Shown here: one piece after another, positions 18,742 through 30,400 of the stretch | Numbering within the stretch: position 1 is the first letter of the stretch | How the letters are laid out: each line of letters starts with the position of its first letter | The notes under the pieces: model-generated | Databases searched by the model: none | What the model saw: the letters and a program-made list of their open reading frames with translations, nothing else | What the model was told of the DNA's origin: nothing | Assembly (NCBI GenBank): GCA_918797485.1 | Contig: CAKKNE010000002.1 | Coordinates: 5,208,001-5,272,000, forward strand | Direction of reading: 5' to 3' | Length of the DNA stretch: 64,000 bases | Source: Pelagomonas calceolata | Lineage: Eukaryota | Translations under genes and position numbers: made by a program

Positions 18742-20130
18742 CTACAACAGGGTCTCCAGCGCGGCATTGCGCCGCACCCGCGGCAGCTGGTAGAGCCTCG
18801 CGGAGCGGTCGGCGAAGCGGCGGACCACTTCGACCTCCTCGCCCAACAACCGCATCGAGTGCGCCGTCGCCACGAGGCGGTTGAAGAGAACGGTTTGGAC
18901 GTGATCCACGGCATCGTCCACATCACTGGAATTCTGCCCGCGGTCCCACGCGCCCTCCTCAAACAAACGCGTCAGGCGCAGCTCGGACTCCGCGCCCGTC
19001 AGCAGCTGCTGGTCCCAAAACTCATCACTCCCAATACGATTTATGGCCGCCCGCGCCGCGTCCCGGAAGACGGCGCCCTCGACGAGCGGCGTGCTCGCGC
19101 CCGCCGCGCAGAACGTCGCGGCCAGCGCCATGGCCTGCGCCGCATCTCTGGCATCTTTCGCGTCCACCGCGTTCGCGAAGAGCCGCGCGAGGCACTCCGC
19201 GACAAGCGGGGATTCGACAGACGGCGTCGACCGGTGCGCGCCGATCGCCGCGAGCGTGTCGCGCCGCGCGCGCCCGTAGACCGTCGACGCGGCGGCGACG
19301 TCGTCCTCCGTCGCCACCAATTTCGAGCTCGCGTCGAACAGGGCCTCGACGGCTTTCGCAGCCTTGGCGGGCGGCGCCTGGGCGACGTCGTCGCGGCGCT
19401 CCGCGCGCCGCGCGTCGCACCAGTCCAGCACGCGGAGCGCCGCGTCGTGGCGCCGGGCGCCCGCGGCCGAGCTTCTCGTCGCGGCAAAGGCGCGCCGCTT
19501 CGCACGCGCCGTCGCGGTGTGGTCGTCCGCGGCGACGACAGCACTCAGTCGCTCCGCGAGGTGCGCCCGCTCGGCCCGCTGCAGCGCGGTCACGGCGGCC
19601 GCGACCGCCCTCGCGCGCTTCGCATCGGTCCGGTGGCAGGCGCGCGCCGCGGCTTCGCGCGTGGCGTCGCGCTGGCGGTAGGCGTCCCGCAGCGCGACGC
19701 GGCGGTCCTCGTGCCTGGCGCCGCGGCCGCGGAGCCTTCGGCGCGCGGCGTCCACGGCGGCGTCCGCATCATTTGCGTCGAGGGTTGGTTCGTCGCCCGT
19801 CATCGCTGCGCAGACTGCAGCCGCCGCGGCGATAGCGTCAGCCGTGCGCGCGTGCGCCGCCCCGCGTTTTGATGCCGTCTGGGCGATCGCGAACGCGGGC
19901 GCGTGCGCCGTGCCGACCTCGGCCACGCTCGACGCCATTGCTGCGATGGCGTCTTGCGCGGCCGCTGCGTCACGTTCGGCCGCGGCGCACTTGTCGAGCA
20001 GCGCCAGGAACTTCGTGCGTGCATCCGCGTTGCCCGCGGCGAGCTGTGCTAGGGCTGAGGGGTCGATTTCATCATACAAGGAGCTGGCGTCGCTGCTCGT
20101 GTCGGCTTCGTTTTCGAGCAGTTGCGCCAT
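18742..20130 (-). CDS. Coiled-coil protein with a C-terminal SBF2-like domain
   Basis: DAAQAMALAATF...EFWDQQL...VLFNRLVATAHSMRLLG...VRRFADRSARLYQL pattern; Ala-rich helical N-terminal half. Confidence 0.65.
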   Translation of the reverse strand: MAQLLENEADTSSDASSLYDEIDPSALAQLAAGNADARTKFLALLDKCAAAERDAAAAQDAIAAMASSVAEVGTAHAPAFAIAQTASKRGAAHARTADAIAAAAAVCAAMTGDEPTLDANDADAAVDAARRRLRGRGARHEDRRVALRDAYRQRDATREAAARACHRTDAKRARAVAAAVTALQRAERAHLAERLSAVVAADDHTATARAKRRAFAATRSSAAGARRHDAALRVLDWCDARRAERRDDVAQAPPAKAAKAVEALFDASSKLVATEDDVAAASTVYGRARRDTLAAIGAHRSTPSVESPLVAECLARLFANAVDAKDARDAAQAMALAATFCAAGASTPLVEGAVFRDAARAAINRIGSDEFWDQQLLTGAESELRLTRLFEEGAWDRGQNSSDVDDAVDHVQTVLFNRLVATAHSMRLLGEEVEVVRRFADRSARLYQLPRVRRNAALETLL

Positions 20131-20359
20131 CGCTGCGCGCCCGCGTCGATCCTGAGAGCCTGAGCCTGAGCCTGAGCTGCCTTAAAAGAGACTTGCGCAC
20201 GCGCGAGGCGCTCTGATCCGTTCCTTGTGTGCGAGCAGGTATCGAAATCGGTGCCTGCCGGCTTTTCAAGCTCCTAAAGCGCGCCGTAGGGCTTATTTTT
20301 TTGCTGCGGCGTCTTGTCGCTAGTGTGTTACAAGACGCTAGCTGTCGAGTCAACGCGTT

Positions 20360-21194
20360 CAAGGGGGGTTAAGTATGGGGTGGGTACCAGCCGCTAGAGG
20401 CGTGACGATCTATGTCCGGTTTTGCTTTTTGCGGCCGTGCGGCTGCCCATGCCCATGGCAGCGGAAGTGCGCGTGCGCGTGGGCGTACGGGCACCCAAGC
20501 GGCCCTCGGCAGCTTTTCTTTTGCGCGCAGGCGCAAAATTGACCGAGAACGACGGCAAAACGTTTAGCAATTTTAGTCGATGCGCGAAAATCGAAGCGCC
20601 AACGCGAGGGCTCCCTTTCAGAGCTCGATCCTCCCGCTTTAGAGCCCCGAGACGGGTAAAAAAAATAAACTTAAAAAAAGTACTATATCGCGGCGACGGT
20701 GTGCATATGGCCTTGACGCAGCCGTTGAGCGTCGTCGCGCCGCGAGGGAGTCTCTCATACCCTACCGACCGGCGCCCGTCTTTGGTTCCAGCGAAAACCG
20801 CCGGGAAATGAGCCGTAGTGCCCCCGTTCGCGACTGTGTTTGGGAACGAATGGATGAAAATCTACCCGGCGAATTTGTCACTTTCTCATAGCAAAGTTCA
20901 CGCAAATACTGTCCTGAGGCCATGTGCCTCGATTAGTGACATATTCGCTGACAAGGGGCCGCGGGGCGTCGATCGTCGAATGGAACCGCCGACCGTGGCT
21001 GCCCTTCCCGAGCACCGTTGCCGCTGAAACTTGGCATGCGAGGCCGTCATGGGGGCGTGCCTCGGCCCCCGGGCCGGTGCTGGTGGCGGTGCACCCGCTG
21101 GGTCGCACTGGCACCCGCCTCTAAAACACCAAAACCGGACATACATCTACGGGGTAAAAGTAGCCTGGTACCCACCCCATGTTTACCCCCCATG
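20360..21194. mobile_element. Non-autonomous DNA transposon, P-element-like
   Basis: Imperfect ~65-bp TIRs CA(A/T)GGGGGGT..ATGGGGTGGGTACCAG...TATGTCCGGTTTTG; CA...TG ends; 7-bp TSD ACGCGTT at 20353-20359 and 21195-21201; no transposase ORF. Confidence 0.82.
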
Positions 21195-21235
21195 ACGCGT
21201 TTTGGGCGCAGAGGTCTAAATTCGTCGTGTATGCG

Positions 21236-22069
21236 ATGGCGCAGGCGCGCACAGATGCGCAGCCATCGCGCGCTGGGCGAGGACTGATGGTACTCGGCAA
21301 TGATTGCGTACACAAAGTGATGACCTTCCTGGCTGTGGCTGACGCCCGGCGCGGCGTGGGTGCCACCGCAAAAGCCTTTCGTACAACTGCGATGTCGATG
21401 ACGCTCGCGCGAACACGTTCCTCGGAGCCCTACACTCTCCGATCTCAATTCGATACGGGCCGTGGCGATAGGCACGGCGTCGTCCACGCCATGGCGACGG
21501 CGATGGGGACGCGGCGGTGGCCTACAAGGGCAGTCCGTATCAATAATGATGGGGACGAGTGGAATGGAGCAGTGGCTGCTGCAGCGGTGCCGCCCGCGAG
21601 GCTTGGAATCACGTTTCATCGGGGTCGTACGCACTGGGGTGGCAATTGGAGTCCAGACGGGGAGCCCTACGCATCTTATGCAGCGTCGGCCATCGTCGAT
21701 CAAGTTATGGCCAGGGATATTTGCGGTGGTGGAGAGTGTACCGTTAGAACGGGCTCTTTTGTTCAGTACGATCTCCCCTTCCAATTGAAAATTAGAGCTT
21801 TCCAGTTCGGGATTTCCGCCTGTCGTTCAGAGCGCTTTAGAGATTGGACGTTCGAAGCTTTCGACGGTGAGAACTGGCGCCAGCTCTGGAACTTCACGGG
21901 TACGATGTCGGCTGAGCGCCACACTTTTTGGCGGGTGGGCGCCGCCAAACGAGTCGCCTCGAACCGCTTCCGGATCCGGCTGGCGGAAAGCGGGGAGCCT
22001 TATAGATGCATGCACATCCGCGGCCTCGAGCTCTTCGGCACGATCCTTCCGCCCTGGCGCATCGACTAA
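21236..22069 (+). CDS. F-box-like protein with a C-terminal galactose-binding (F5/8-like) domain
   Basis: LMVLGNDCVHKVMTFL...ATAKAFR; VQYDL...DWTFEAFDGENWRQL...RFRIRL...CMHIRGLELFG. Confidence 0.7.
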   Translation: MAQARTDAQPSRAGRGLMVLGNDCVHKVMTFLAVADARRGVGATAKAFRTTAMSMTLARTRSSEPYTLRSQFDTGRGDRHGVVHAMATAMGTRRWPTRAVRINNDGDEWNGAVAAAAVPPARLGITFHRGRTHWGGNWSPDGEPYASYAASAIVDQVMARDICGGGECTVRTGSFVQYDLPFQLKIRAFQFGISACRSERFRDWTFEAFDGENWRQLWNFTGTMSAERHTFWRVGAAKRVASNRFRIRLAESGEPYRCMHIRGLELFGTILPPWRID

Positions 22070-22090
22070 GAAATAGTACACGTCAACAAC

Positions 22091-23044
22091 TTAGTAGGAG
22101 TAGATAGGAGGGTAGCTCGGCTCGCGGAACAGCGCACGGCCGTAGTACGGGTCGACGGCGCGGCGGACGCGGCGCGGAGGCGGCGCCCGGCGCGGCACGC
22201 TGACGACCACATCCCGGCCGCGACACGCGCGCGTCGCGCCTCCAACATCAGCATTGGCCGGGAGGCGCACGACCTCGTCAACGCGGCCGAAGCGGCCCTT
22301 TGAGGCCGCAATGACGTCCTCTTCCGTGACGCGGCCGTGCCCGTAGCGCATCGCCCGGCGCTTCGCCAGGGCCAGAATCTTGTCCTGGACCGGGGGGCTC
22401 GGGATGATCACGCCCTCGACGCGGAGAGAGTCTCCCTCGACGGACACGTCCAACTCGTCGGCGCCGCGCAGGACGACGTCGTAGCCCTCGGCCGTCTCCT
22501 GGACGTCGCCGCGGAGCTGCGCCTCGGTGCCGGCCCAGAACTCGGCCCACTCGTCCTCGTCGTCGGACTCCGTTTCTTCGGCGGCGGCCGCCTCGGCAGC
22601 GATTCGGCGCGTCTCGGCCTCCTTCTCGGCGGCGAGGCGGCGCGCGGCCTCATCCTTCGCTGCGGCGGCGCGGCGCGCCTCTGCGGCCTTGGTGGCACGA
22701 GCAGCCTTGGCCGCAGCTACGCGCCGCGCGGCATCGCGAGCTTTCTGCTCTGCGGCTGCGAGCTCAGCGTCGGCCGCCGACTTCGCCGCGCGGGCGGCGT
22801 CTTCTTCCGCGGCCGCCGCCGCCGCCGCCTCGATGGTGCGGCTCTTGTCCTTCAAGCTTTCCACGAGGCTCGCTTCGGCCTCGTCGATTTCGGTAGTAAG
22901 CGCGTATGTGCGCAACTCGGCGAGGTCCGAAACCGCGTGCCCTTCGGCGGCAGCCCGCTGTGCGAGCTGTGCGATTATGTCACAATCTTCAGCGGGCACG
23001 ATAATACAAGCGTCGAGCCACTGGCTGGTCAGTAATGATGTCAT
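22091..23044 (-). CDS. Coiled-coil protein with a C-terminal HSP20/alpha-crystallin-like domain
   Basis: LDVSVEGDSLRVEG...GRFGRVDEVVRLPANADV...VVVSVPR. Confidence 0.75.
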   Translation of the reverse strand: MTSLLTSQWLDACIIVPAEDCDIIAQLAQRAAAEGHAVSDLAELRTYALTTEIDEAEASLVESLKDKSRTIEAAAAAAAEEDAARAAKSAADAELAAAEQKARDAARRVAAAKAARATKAAEARRAAAAKDEAARRLAAEKEAETRRIAAEAAAAEETESDDEDEWAEFWAGTEAQLRGDVQETAEGYDVVLRGADELDVSVEGDSLRVEGVIIPSPPVQDKILALAKRRAMRYGHGRVTEEDVIAASKGRFGRVDEVVRLPANADVGGATRACRGRDVVVSVPRRAPPPRRVRRAVDPYYGRALFREPSYPPIYSY

Positions 23045-23254
23045 GAGTGGTTTGCGTGCGGTTGGGCTGCAATCCGATGCGTTTGGGAACGGTGCGCAGG
23101 CTTAATTAGCGCTGAGATTTTTTGGAGATAGCAGAATCATCCTGGAGCACGACGGCCGGCGACGCCTGTACTCCGTCCCAGACGAAGTCAACGAGATGAG
23201 AGAGCTCTAGGAGGCTCGCGGGCGGATTGAAGCACAAGACCTTACACACACAAG

Positions 23255-25573
23255 TCACGACGCGGGACACGCGGGCTTGAACGGCCACAGGAGCACCTCC
23301 GTCCGCGGGTACGACGGGAGCGCCTCCTGCGTCTCCCCGCCACCGACGCGCACGGTGACGGCGTCCGACCGCCTTAATACATCGCCGTAGACGTTCGACT
23401 TGAGCTCGACGTAGAAGCTTATGTTGAACGGCTCGCAATTTGGTGGAGCTTCGACGCGCAGCACGAGGTCCAGGTGTCTTTGTAACACACAAGTAAGCAT
23501 GCCCGATCTATCAGACACGAGGCACCACGAGCCGTCGCGGCCCGTCACGAAGGCCTCGAAGTTTATTGAGAAGCGCACGTCGCCGTTCGTGATAGACGAC
23601 GGCTCCGCACTTATTATGGTTGCCTTTGACGCGCCGCGCCCCAGGGTCAACGCCCTTGTGACCCCGAACGACAGCGCGTCCGATAGTGTGGCGACGCCAT
23701 TGCTAGTAACGGCCGCGAGGCGGTGGAGGCGCGTGTTCGTGGGGTCCGTGATGAGGACCGTGGCGCCCTCGCGTGCCACCGCCGCCGCGTAGGCCACGGC
23801 CCAGTCGCCTCCTTTTGACTCATTGGAATGCGGCACGATCAACATATCGCATTTCCGCGCGGCGCGGTCGAGGACGCCGTCCTGGACAATAGCGTCGTTG
23901 CCTATTAGTCTCATATCCACAGCACCTAATTCACGCTTGAGCTGGGACACGGCCGATATCATGATAGACTCGCCGACGACCGCTACTAGACCCCGATGGT
24001 CGGCCCGTTGCGTCCTGCGCGCGGCGTCGACGACGCGCGCGCGGCCTTTGGGGGTTGTAATGTCGCGCGCGTCCGCTAGTACCACCGCATCGTACGCGTC
24101 GTCGCCGTCGTCGTCCAGCGTCTTGGGAGGAAACGGCGCGACCCCATAGCCCTCCTGAAGCTGGAGCGGGTGGAAGCCCTCCTCGATCAATAGGGGGCGG
24201 TCGCTCTCCTCGGCGAAGACGACGGCGTCGTAGGCTTGCGAGGCGTTGCGCGGTAGTCTATCCGGAAAGCAGCTCACTCCACCAGGATCGAGGTCGCCGT
24301 CGTCCACGAGGATCCACAGCCTCCTCTGCTCCAGGTGGCGCGGCAGCGTCCACTCCCGCACCAAGGACCGCGCACAGATATCCGAAGGCGAGTCCCGTTT
24401 TCCAACAGCGAAAATAACGTCGTAGTGCAATAAGTCCACACTTTGACTAATAACGTCGGCCACGCGCACCCAGAAGATGCGGTACAATCGCTGCAAGCGG
24501 TCCGCCGCCGCCGCGACGGTCGTCTGGAGCTGCGGCGTCCAGGCCCCGTTCCAGAGGATCGCGACTCGTAACGCGCCCGTCCGTCCGTTGTGATTTCGCA
24601 AAGCGTCGAAGTGCGCCAGGACGTCAGCCGCGCGCGCGTCGTAGGTGTGGTGCTTGCTTATATATGAAGTGGCGGTCTCGTTGCGCACGAACGCGCCGCG
24701 GGGCACGTCGCCTGCTTTGTGCCACAACACCAGATTGTGCGAAGGCGCATCCTTCAATAGATCCTCGAGCTCGGGGAAGGCCTCCTGGACGAGGGGTCTA
24801 CCAGCAGCTAAAACTTCAAACACCCTATTGTTCACCATGCCCTTCTCGCGCTGGCCGTCCATCGTCGCGCCGAGCACCGCGCCCGCCTTGGCGTAGCAAT
24901 TGGCGAGCTCGCCGTGGGGCAGCAGGCCGCGGTAGGACGGCAGCAGATCCGGTGGGCCGACGTCGCGCCAGCCGCTGCCCCACAATTCTAAACCGCGCGA
25001 CGTGTTCTGCGCCTCGCGCAGCATCTGGACGAGATTGCGCTTCGTGTCGACGCCGAGCGCGCTGCCCACGTACACATAGGGTCCCGATTCATTATATGGC
25101 GTCGTCACGGCCATCTCGTCCACATCGGCCGCAAGCGGCACGAACCTTGATGGCGCTATTTTGGAAAGCTCCTCCGCAACCTCTAAGCTGTTCGTGAGGT
25201 AGCCGTCGACGTCCAGCGACGCGATGGAACTCAGGCCCGGGAAGAGCGGGTCGAGGCACCAGTAAAACACGATTATCTGCGGCGAATGTCTCCTAAATTC
25301 ATGGATCGCCGCCGCGCTGCTCTCGAACCAGCCCTCGATGATCAGCAAGTCCCAGGTCGCATTATTGACAAAGTGGTAGTGGAAGGGGTAGAAGCTCCGC
25401 GCTTCGCGGACGCGGCCCGTCCGTAACAACGCTTTCTTGAGGCCGTTCGTCGTCATGACGCTGCCCACCACATAGCCTCCAGGCGTCGGTGGCGCTTGGG
25501 CGTGGAGAGCGACGTTGATGCGGTCCTCGGCCTGACTCGTGTGCAGCAGCAGTGGGAGCAGCCACCGCATCAT
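23255..25573 (-). CDS. Secreted GT-B glycosyltransferase (Glyco_trans_1_2/CgeB-like)
   Basis: Signal peptide MMRWLLPLLL; YVGS, LELWGSGW, MVNNRVFEVLAAG, HHTYDARAADVL. Confidence 0.8.
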   Translation of the reverse strand: MMRWLLPLLLHTSQAEDRINVALHAQAPPTPGGYVVGSVMTTNGLKKALLRTGRVREARSFYPFHYHFVNNATWDLLIIEGWFESSAAAIHEFRRHSPQIIVFYWCLDPLFPGLSSIASLDVDGYLTNSLEVAEELSKIAPSRFVPLAADVDEMAVTTPYNESGPYVYVGSALGVDTKRNLVQMLREAQNTSRGLELWGSGWRDVGPPDLLPSYRGLLPHGELANCYAKAGAVLGATMDGQREKGMVNNRVFEVLAAGRPLVQEAFPELEDLLKDAPSHNLVLWHKAGDVPRGAFVRNETATSYISKHHTYDARAADVLAHFDALRNHNGRTGALRVAILWNGAWTPQLQTTVAAAADRLQRLYRIFWVRVADVISQSVDLLHYDVIFAVGKRDSPSDICARSLVREWTLPRHLEQRRLWILVDDGDLDPGGVSCFPDRLPRNASQAYDAVVFAEESDRPLLIEEGFHPLQLQEGYGVAPFPPKTLDDDGDDAYDAVVLADARDITTPKGRARVVDAARRTQRADHRGLVAVVGESIMISAVSQLKRELGAVDMRLIGNDAIVQDGVLDRAARKCDMLIVPHSNESKGGDWAVAYAAAVAREGATVLITDPTNTRLHRLAAVTSNGVATLSDALSFGVTRALTLGRGASKATIISAEPSSITNGDVRFSINFEAFVTGRDGSWCLVSDRSGMLTCVLQRHLDLVLRVEAPPNCEPFNISFYVELKSNVYGDVLRRSDAVTVRVGGGETQEALPSYPRTEVLLWPFKPACPAS

Positions 25574-25849
25574 GGTGCCGCGCGGCTGCCCGACTCCTTG
25601 CAGCGCTTGCAAGCGCTTTTGCCAAGTTGGGGCTGCTCTTGCTAGTGTCTTACAGTCGCTAGCTTGCTATAGCCTGAACTTTTGTTAGGCCCATTACGTC
25701 GAGCACGCGAGACGTGGCCATTCTGACAAACTCTCGTGACTCTGCACAATCGCTCTGCGCGAGACATAAGTAGTCTGGCCCTACCTAGGAAGAGTATCGA
25801 GACACAACAATACAGGCCTGAAACAAGCTGTCGCCGGTCGCGTAGATAG

Positions 25850-27161
25850 ATGGGTCTGCTCAATTATCTCGGCGGCCGCGGCAGCAGCGCCGGCGGGGAA
25901 GGCTCGTCGCGGCACGTCGAGTCGGACGTCGTGACGGTCGGCGGCGTCGCGCTCGAGGAAGAGAAGTCCTGGGAGCAACCCGATCCGAGCGTAGACAACG
26001 TGCCGTTCACCAGCTTCGACGAAGCGCGCCCAAGCGACTCACGGCGCCGGTCGAGCGCCGCGGATCGCGATAATGTGGTGGACGCGCTGGAACGCGACTT
26101 TGATGTAACAATTCCAGTCGAGGGCCGGCCCCTCGTGCCGAATTCTCTTCACCAAATCGCGACGCTGTGTGTTCCCGAGTCGGCCACCGTCGACGCGAAG
26201 CCTGCTCGATGGCGTAGAGGGTGATACTGTCTCCCACACAGGTTCATTTTGACGACGAGCAAAGGAATAGCGGGCAAGCCGATCCGTCGCTGGTGGCAGA
26301 TTTCGCTCCTTATCGCGCTTCTATTACTGGTGCTTTTCCAGACGGCCTGCGCCTACGGCATCTTCCTGGGGCTCGTTCGCGGTTCATGCATCGACAGCGA
26401 TGACTGCTCGCACGGCTTCTGGTGCGACCCGACGAAGTCGCCGCCCATCGGCAAGAAGACGCGCTACTTCTCGGTCTGCAACCGGTGCGACACGAAGACG
26501 CTCAAGAACAGCGAGAAGGTGAGCGACAATCAATGCCTCGCTTTCTACCTCGAGGATCCGAGCACGCTTGGTGGGAGCGCTCTGCAGACGACTCTGAACA
26601 CGCTCGCTGTCGTGTTCCTGCTCGAAATCGACGACCTCCTTTACAACGCCGTCATCGACGCGCGGTACAAGCGGTATGCTAGACGGCATCGCTTCCGCCT
26701 CCGCTGGTTTGATTACTATCTCCTCGCACGCGGTTCGGCGTTACAGTCGCGGTGCCTTCGAGTCGGATCATCTCCACGCCGACGTGACGCCGTCGACGCG
26801 ACGTGGTCATTGGTCGCATTCCACGCAGGACGCGAAGCGTTTCGTGGTGATTGTGACGTGTATGACCGCAATGGTCCTACTAGTCAACAATCACGCGAGA
26901 GAATTCGGCCGCGACTCGATCCTGCTATTTGTCTGGATCATGGTGGCGATCGGTTTTCTGGATACCCTGGCCGATCCCGAGGAGGGCCGGCGCGTGCTGA
27001 CAAGCTGTGGCGTCAAGATGACTCGACTCCGCAGCACTCTGACCGCCCTGCTGGTATGGTTCGTACTAGTGTCTCTCGTTCGGACGCTCGCGATCACCGT
27101 CTTCGAGGTCGTCACTGACTTCAATGCTGAACGCGGGAACCCGGAAAACGGGAAAGTCTGA
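25850..27161 (+). CDS. Multi-pass membrane protein, 3 exons (proposed introns 26167-26241 GT-AG and ~26726-26828 GC-AG)
   Basis: Three consecutive ORFs join in frame using these introns; several TM segments, a Cys-rich loop and LNTLAVVFLLEIDD. The second donor is tentative. Confidence 0.6.
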
Positions 27162-27242
27162 ATTTGTATGTAATATGTCTTTCTTTGAGTGTATCTTCGC
27201 CGCCGCCGCCCGCCCGCCGCGTCGACGAATCCTGTAGCTCTT

Positions 27243-27305
27243 TGCTTGCTAGGTCTTACAGGCCGCTAGCCTGGGACCTAGTGGCGTGTAAGACACTAGC
27301 CAAGC
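27243..27305. promoter_or_regulatory. Inverted pair of the recurrent CTAG-flanked motif (GCTAGCG..TGTAAGACACTAGC), upstream of UGGT
   Basis: tgcttgctaggtcttacaggccgctagc ... ctagtggcgtgtaagacactagccaagc; the same motif recurs in many intergenic regions of the window. Confidence 0.55.
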
Positions 27306-27460
27306 GCTCTCCGAAACTCGCAGGCGTCCTAGCTCGCTCACGCAGCGTGCCAGCGAGCGACTTACTCACAGCACTCACAGGAATCAATATATTCACGGCG
27401 CGCAGCAACTCCGCCATTTAGTAGACGGCGCGCAGCCCTCCGCCCTACGCAGCCGAAACC

Positions 27461-30400
27461 ATGCTAAAACGAGCGCTGCTGCTCCTCCCACTTGCGGCCC
27501 TGGCCGACGCCGGGCTCCGCATCTCAGTCACGTCAAAATTCGCATCAAATGCAACCACAGAAAACAGCGCGCTGGACCGCCTCGCCCGCGCGCAGCGGTT
27601 GAGAGATGATCTAACAATAGACGAAAAGCCCACTGCGCTCGGCGGCTGGACCGTCGAGGTCGTCGCGCGGTCGACGGAGTACGAGAAAGTCGAAGAAAAT
27701 GATGAGGTGGACGACGAGGCCGCGGCGGAGATTTCCGTAGATTCGCCCCAGCTCGAACTGTCGGAGAAGCGTATCCGAGCCTTGCCCTACCGCGTCGCGC
27801 GCGACGTGAAGCGGCACGACGACCCGTTGAAAAGGTGGCGTATTTTAACAGAGGACTTCCCGGCGTACCGCAAGGGTCTGGCGGGGCCCATGCCCAAGCT
27901 TTCTGGAGAGAAGCTCGTCGAGGGGTGGGCGATGCCTTCGACAGATCACCTGTGGGTCTGCGGCACGGACGTCGTCGTGCGAAAGCATGCGCCGTACGAC
28001 GTCGTGCGGGACGCGTTCCGCGCCGTCGATGTCCATGAGAACCGCGTCGCGGAGCTTGGACAGGTGGGCCTGTCGTTGGAAGACTTAGCAGCAAAACCGA
28101 AGCCGCCCGCGCGCCTCGTCCCCGTAAACGCTCTGGATGGCGGCGTCGCCCAGGTCTATGAACTATATGATACGCGCTGGGACGACGACGAAGAGCAGCG
28201 AGAACCGGTACGGGTCCAGTTCGTCGTCGACCCCTCGCGCAAGGGCCACGTCTCGGCCATGCTCGAGTCCATCAAGAAGTTCTGGGATCTTGAGGATGAG
28301 ACTATCAGGGAGAACACGCCGGTGATTATCAAGGGGTATCTGTTGGATGCAAGGTGCCGCGCGGCGTTGGCCTGGCTCCAGTCGTTGACGAGGCCCTACC
28401 CGGCCAAGAGACGCTTCCTGGAGGCGCTGCAGTTCCGGGTGTATGGCGATTTGGAGGATGCTCATATTTTATCTTCGCTGAAGAAGGCTATGGATAAAAA
28501 AGACAAGAACGTGCCGCTGCCGGACTTGCAGGAGTTGGTGAATAGGATCGGTCCTGGCTTTGATGAGGACTACGCGTCGTACGGCTTGGAGAGCGCATCG
28601 CCTCCCTTCTTACTCGCCGACGGGCGCCTCGTCGAGCTCGACCCTTCGGAACCTGAAAATGCGGGCGCGACGGCGGCCGCGGCGATTGATAGGGTCGCGA
28701 ACCGCCACATTGATGACGAGGGCGATAGCGCACCTTTCTACCACCCTATATTAACGCCGCGCGTGCGGATCTGGCCCGAGTCGGATACGACCAAGGAGCG
28801 GCTGTTCTCCCATGAGTTTCCTACGGCAGATGCGCCGGACCCGCGCGTGCCGACGCTCTACGCGGACGAGTCGTCATCGTCCCAAGCCTGGGAGCGGGCC
28901 TTGCTCGTCGCGCGGCCCGACACCGTTGTGGTGAGGGACGCGCCGCCGCCGAAGAAAGTCTCCAAGAAGAAGCGCAAGTTACTCATGAAAAGGCCCTTCC
29001 TCGCCTGCCGCGGTATCGTGACGGAATTGACAGAAACGGCCTTCCCCGCGACGCATCACGCCCCCGCGGTGACGGCGGCGCTCCTACCGTGCGCCCGCAC
29101 GCTGGCGGCCGTCGACGACCGGCCGACGTGGGAGCCCGCGCTCCATGCGGCGCCGTCCCAGCTCAAGCATGTTTTCAAAGGCGACACATATAAGGAGGCA
29201 CTCGCGGTCGTGGACCCGGTGGCGCGCGCGGCGCCCGTCGTCGCGCGGATCCTGGAAGTGTTGCGCGACGACCTCGGCTTCTCCGTCACCCTCGCCTTCG
29301 CCCCGCGTCCCGAGGGCGGCGACCTGCGGACCTGGGCGCGGACCTCGATGTACGGCGAAGAGGTACTCATACCGCAGCGCGTCCTCGGTACTTCTGGTAA
29401 AATGCGCCTGGCGCTACGAAAACCGGAGACGTGGCGGCTCAGTACTGATACGGACGTGGACGTGTCGAATTTTTCACCATCGGAGGCCGATGGAGTTGTT
29501 TCGTACGACGTCGACGCGTTGGTGGTACAGGGCAAGACTTCTCGAAAACGCTTCGCGGCTTTTGAAGACGTCCACAAGAGGTGCGTCGTCGTTAATGGTA
29601 GGGAGGTGCCCTCGCTGAACGGCGACTACTCCATCACCCTAGAAGACGATCTGACGGCGCGGATCGGATCCTCAAACGTAACCATAAGGGAGATGCACCC
29701 CCACGCCCTGCCGCTACGTTCCGCGTACGAGGTGGGCAACTGCACGGCCACCAAAAGTGATGACGGCCGCGTCCACGTCTTCTCCGTCGCCTCCGGTTCT
29801 ATGTACGAGCGCTTACTAAGGGTCATGATGGGCTCCGTCGTCCTGCACGCCTCAAAGCCGGTGACGTTTTGGCTGTTGCGCGAGTTTCTGTCGTCAACAT
29901 TTTTGGAGGACGTGCCGGCGCTCGAACGAGCCTTGGAGGCGCAGATAAGATTTCCCCCGGCCATAAGCTGGCCCGAGTTCCTGATCGACGGCGAGGGCGC
30001 GAAGATCGGCATCCGGGACGACCTCCAGAGATTAGTCTGGGCGTCGAAATTATTATTTCTGGACGGGCTGTTCCACGCGCACCAGCGTATTGTCTTCGTC
30101 GACGCCGACGCCGTTGTTGTTGGTGATGTTGCCGAGCTATTAACGCTGAATTTGGGCATGGCGCCCTACGCGATGGCGCCGTTCTGTAGTGGTGAAAATA
30201 TGAACGAAGCCACAAAGGGCCACCGCTTCTGGGAGTCCGGTTTCTGGCAGAACCATCTGGAGCCGCACAACGAAACTTATAAAATTTCTGCTTTATTTGT
30301 CGTGGACATCTCCACGTTCGGGATGATAGGCGACGGCCTGCGCACGACGTACCAGTACATGGGGCCCGATGCCAACAGCCTGCAGAATTTGGACCAGGAC

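Noticed and set aside
20151..20177. (CCTGAG)n tract as an interstitial telomere
   Set aside because: Only about four units in a 5' leader; treated as a simple microsatellite.
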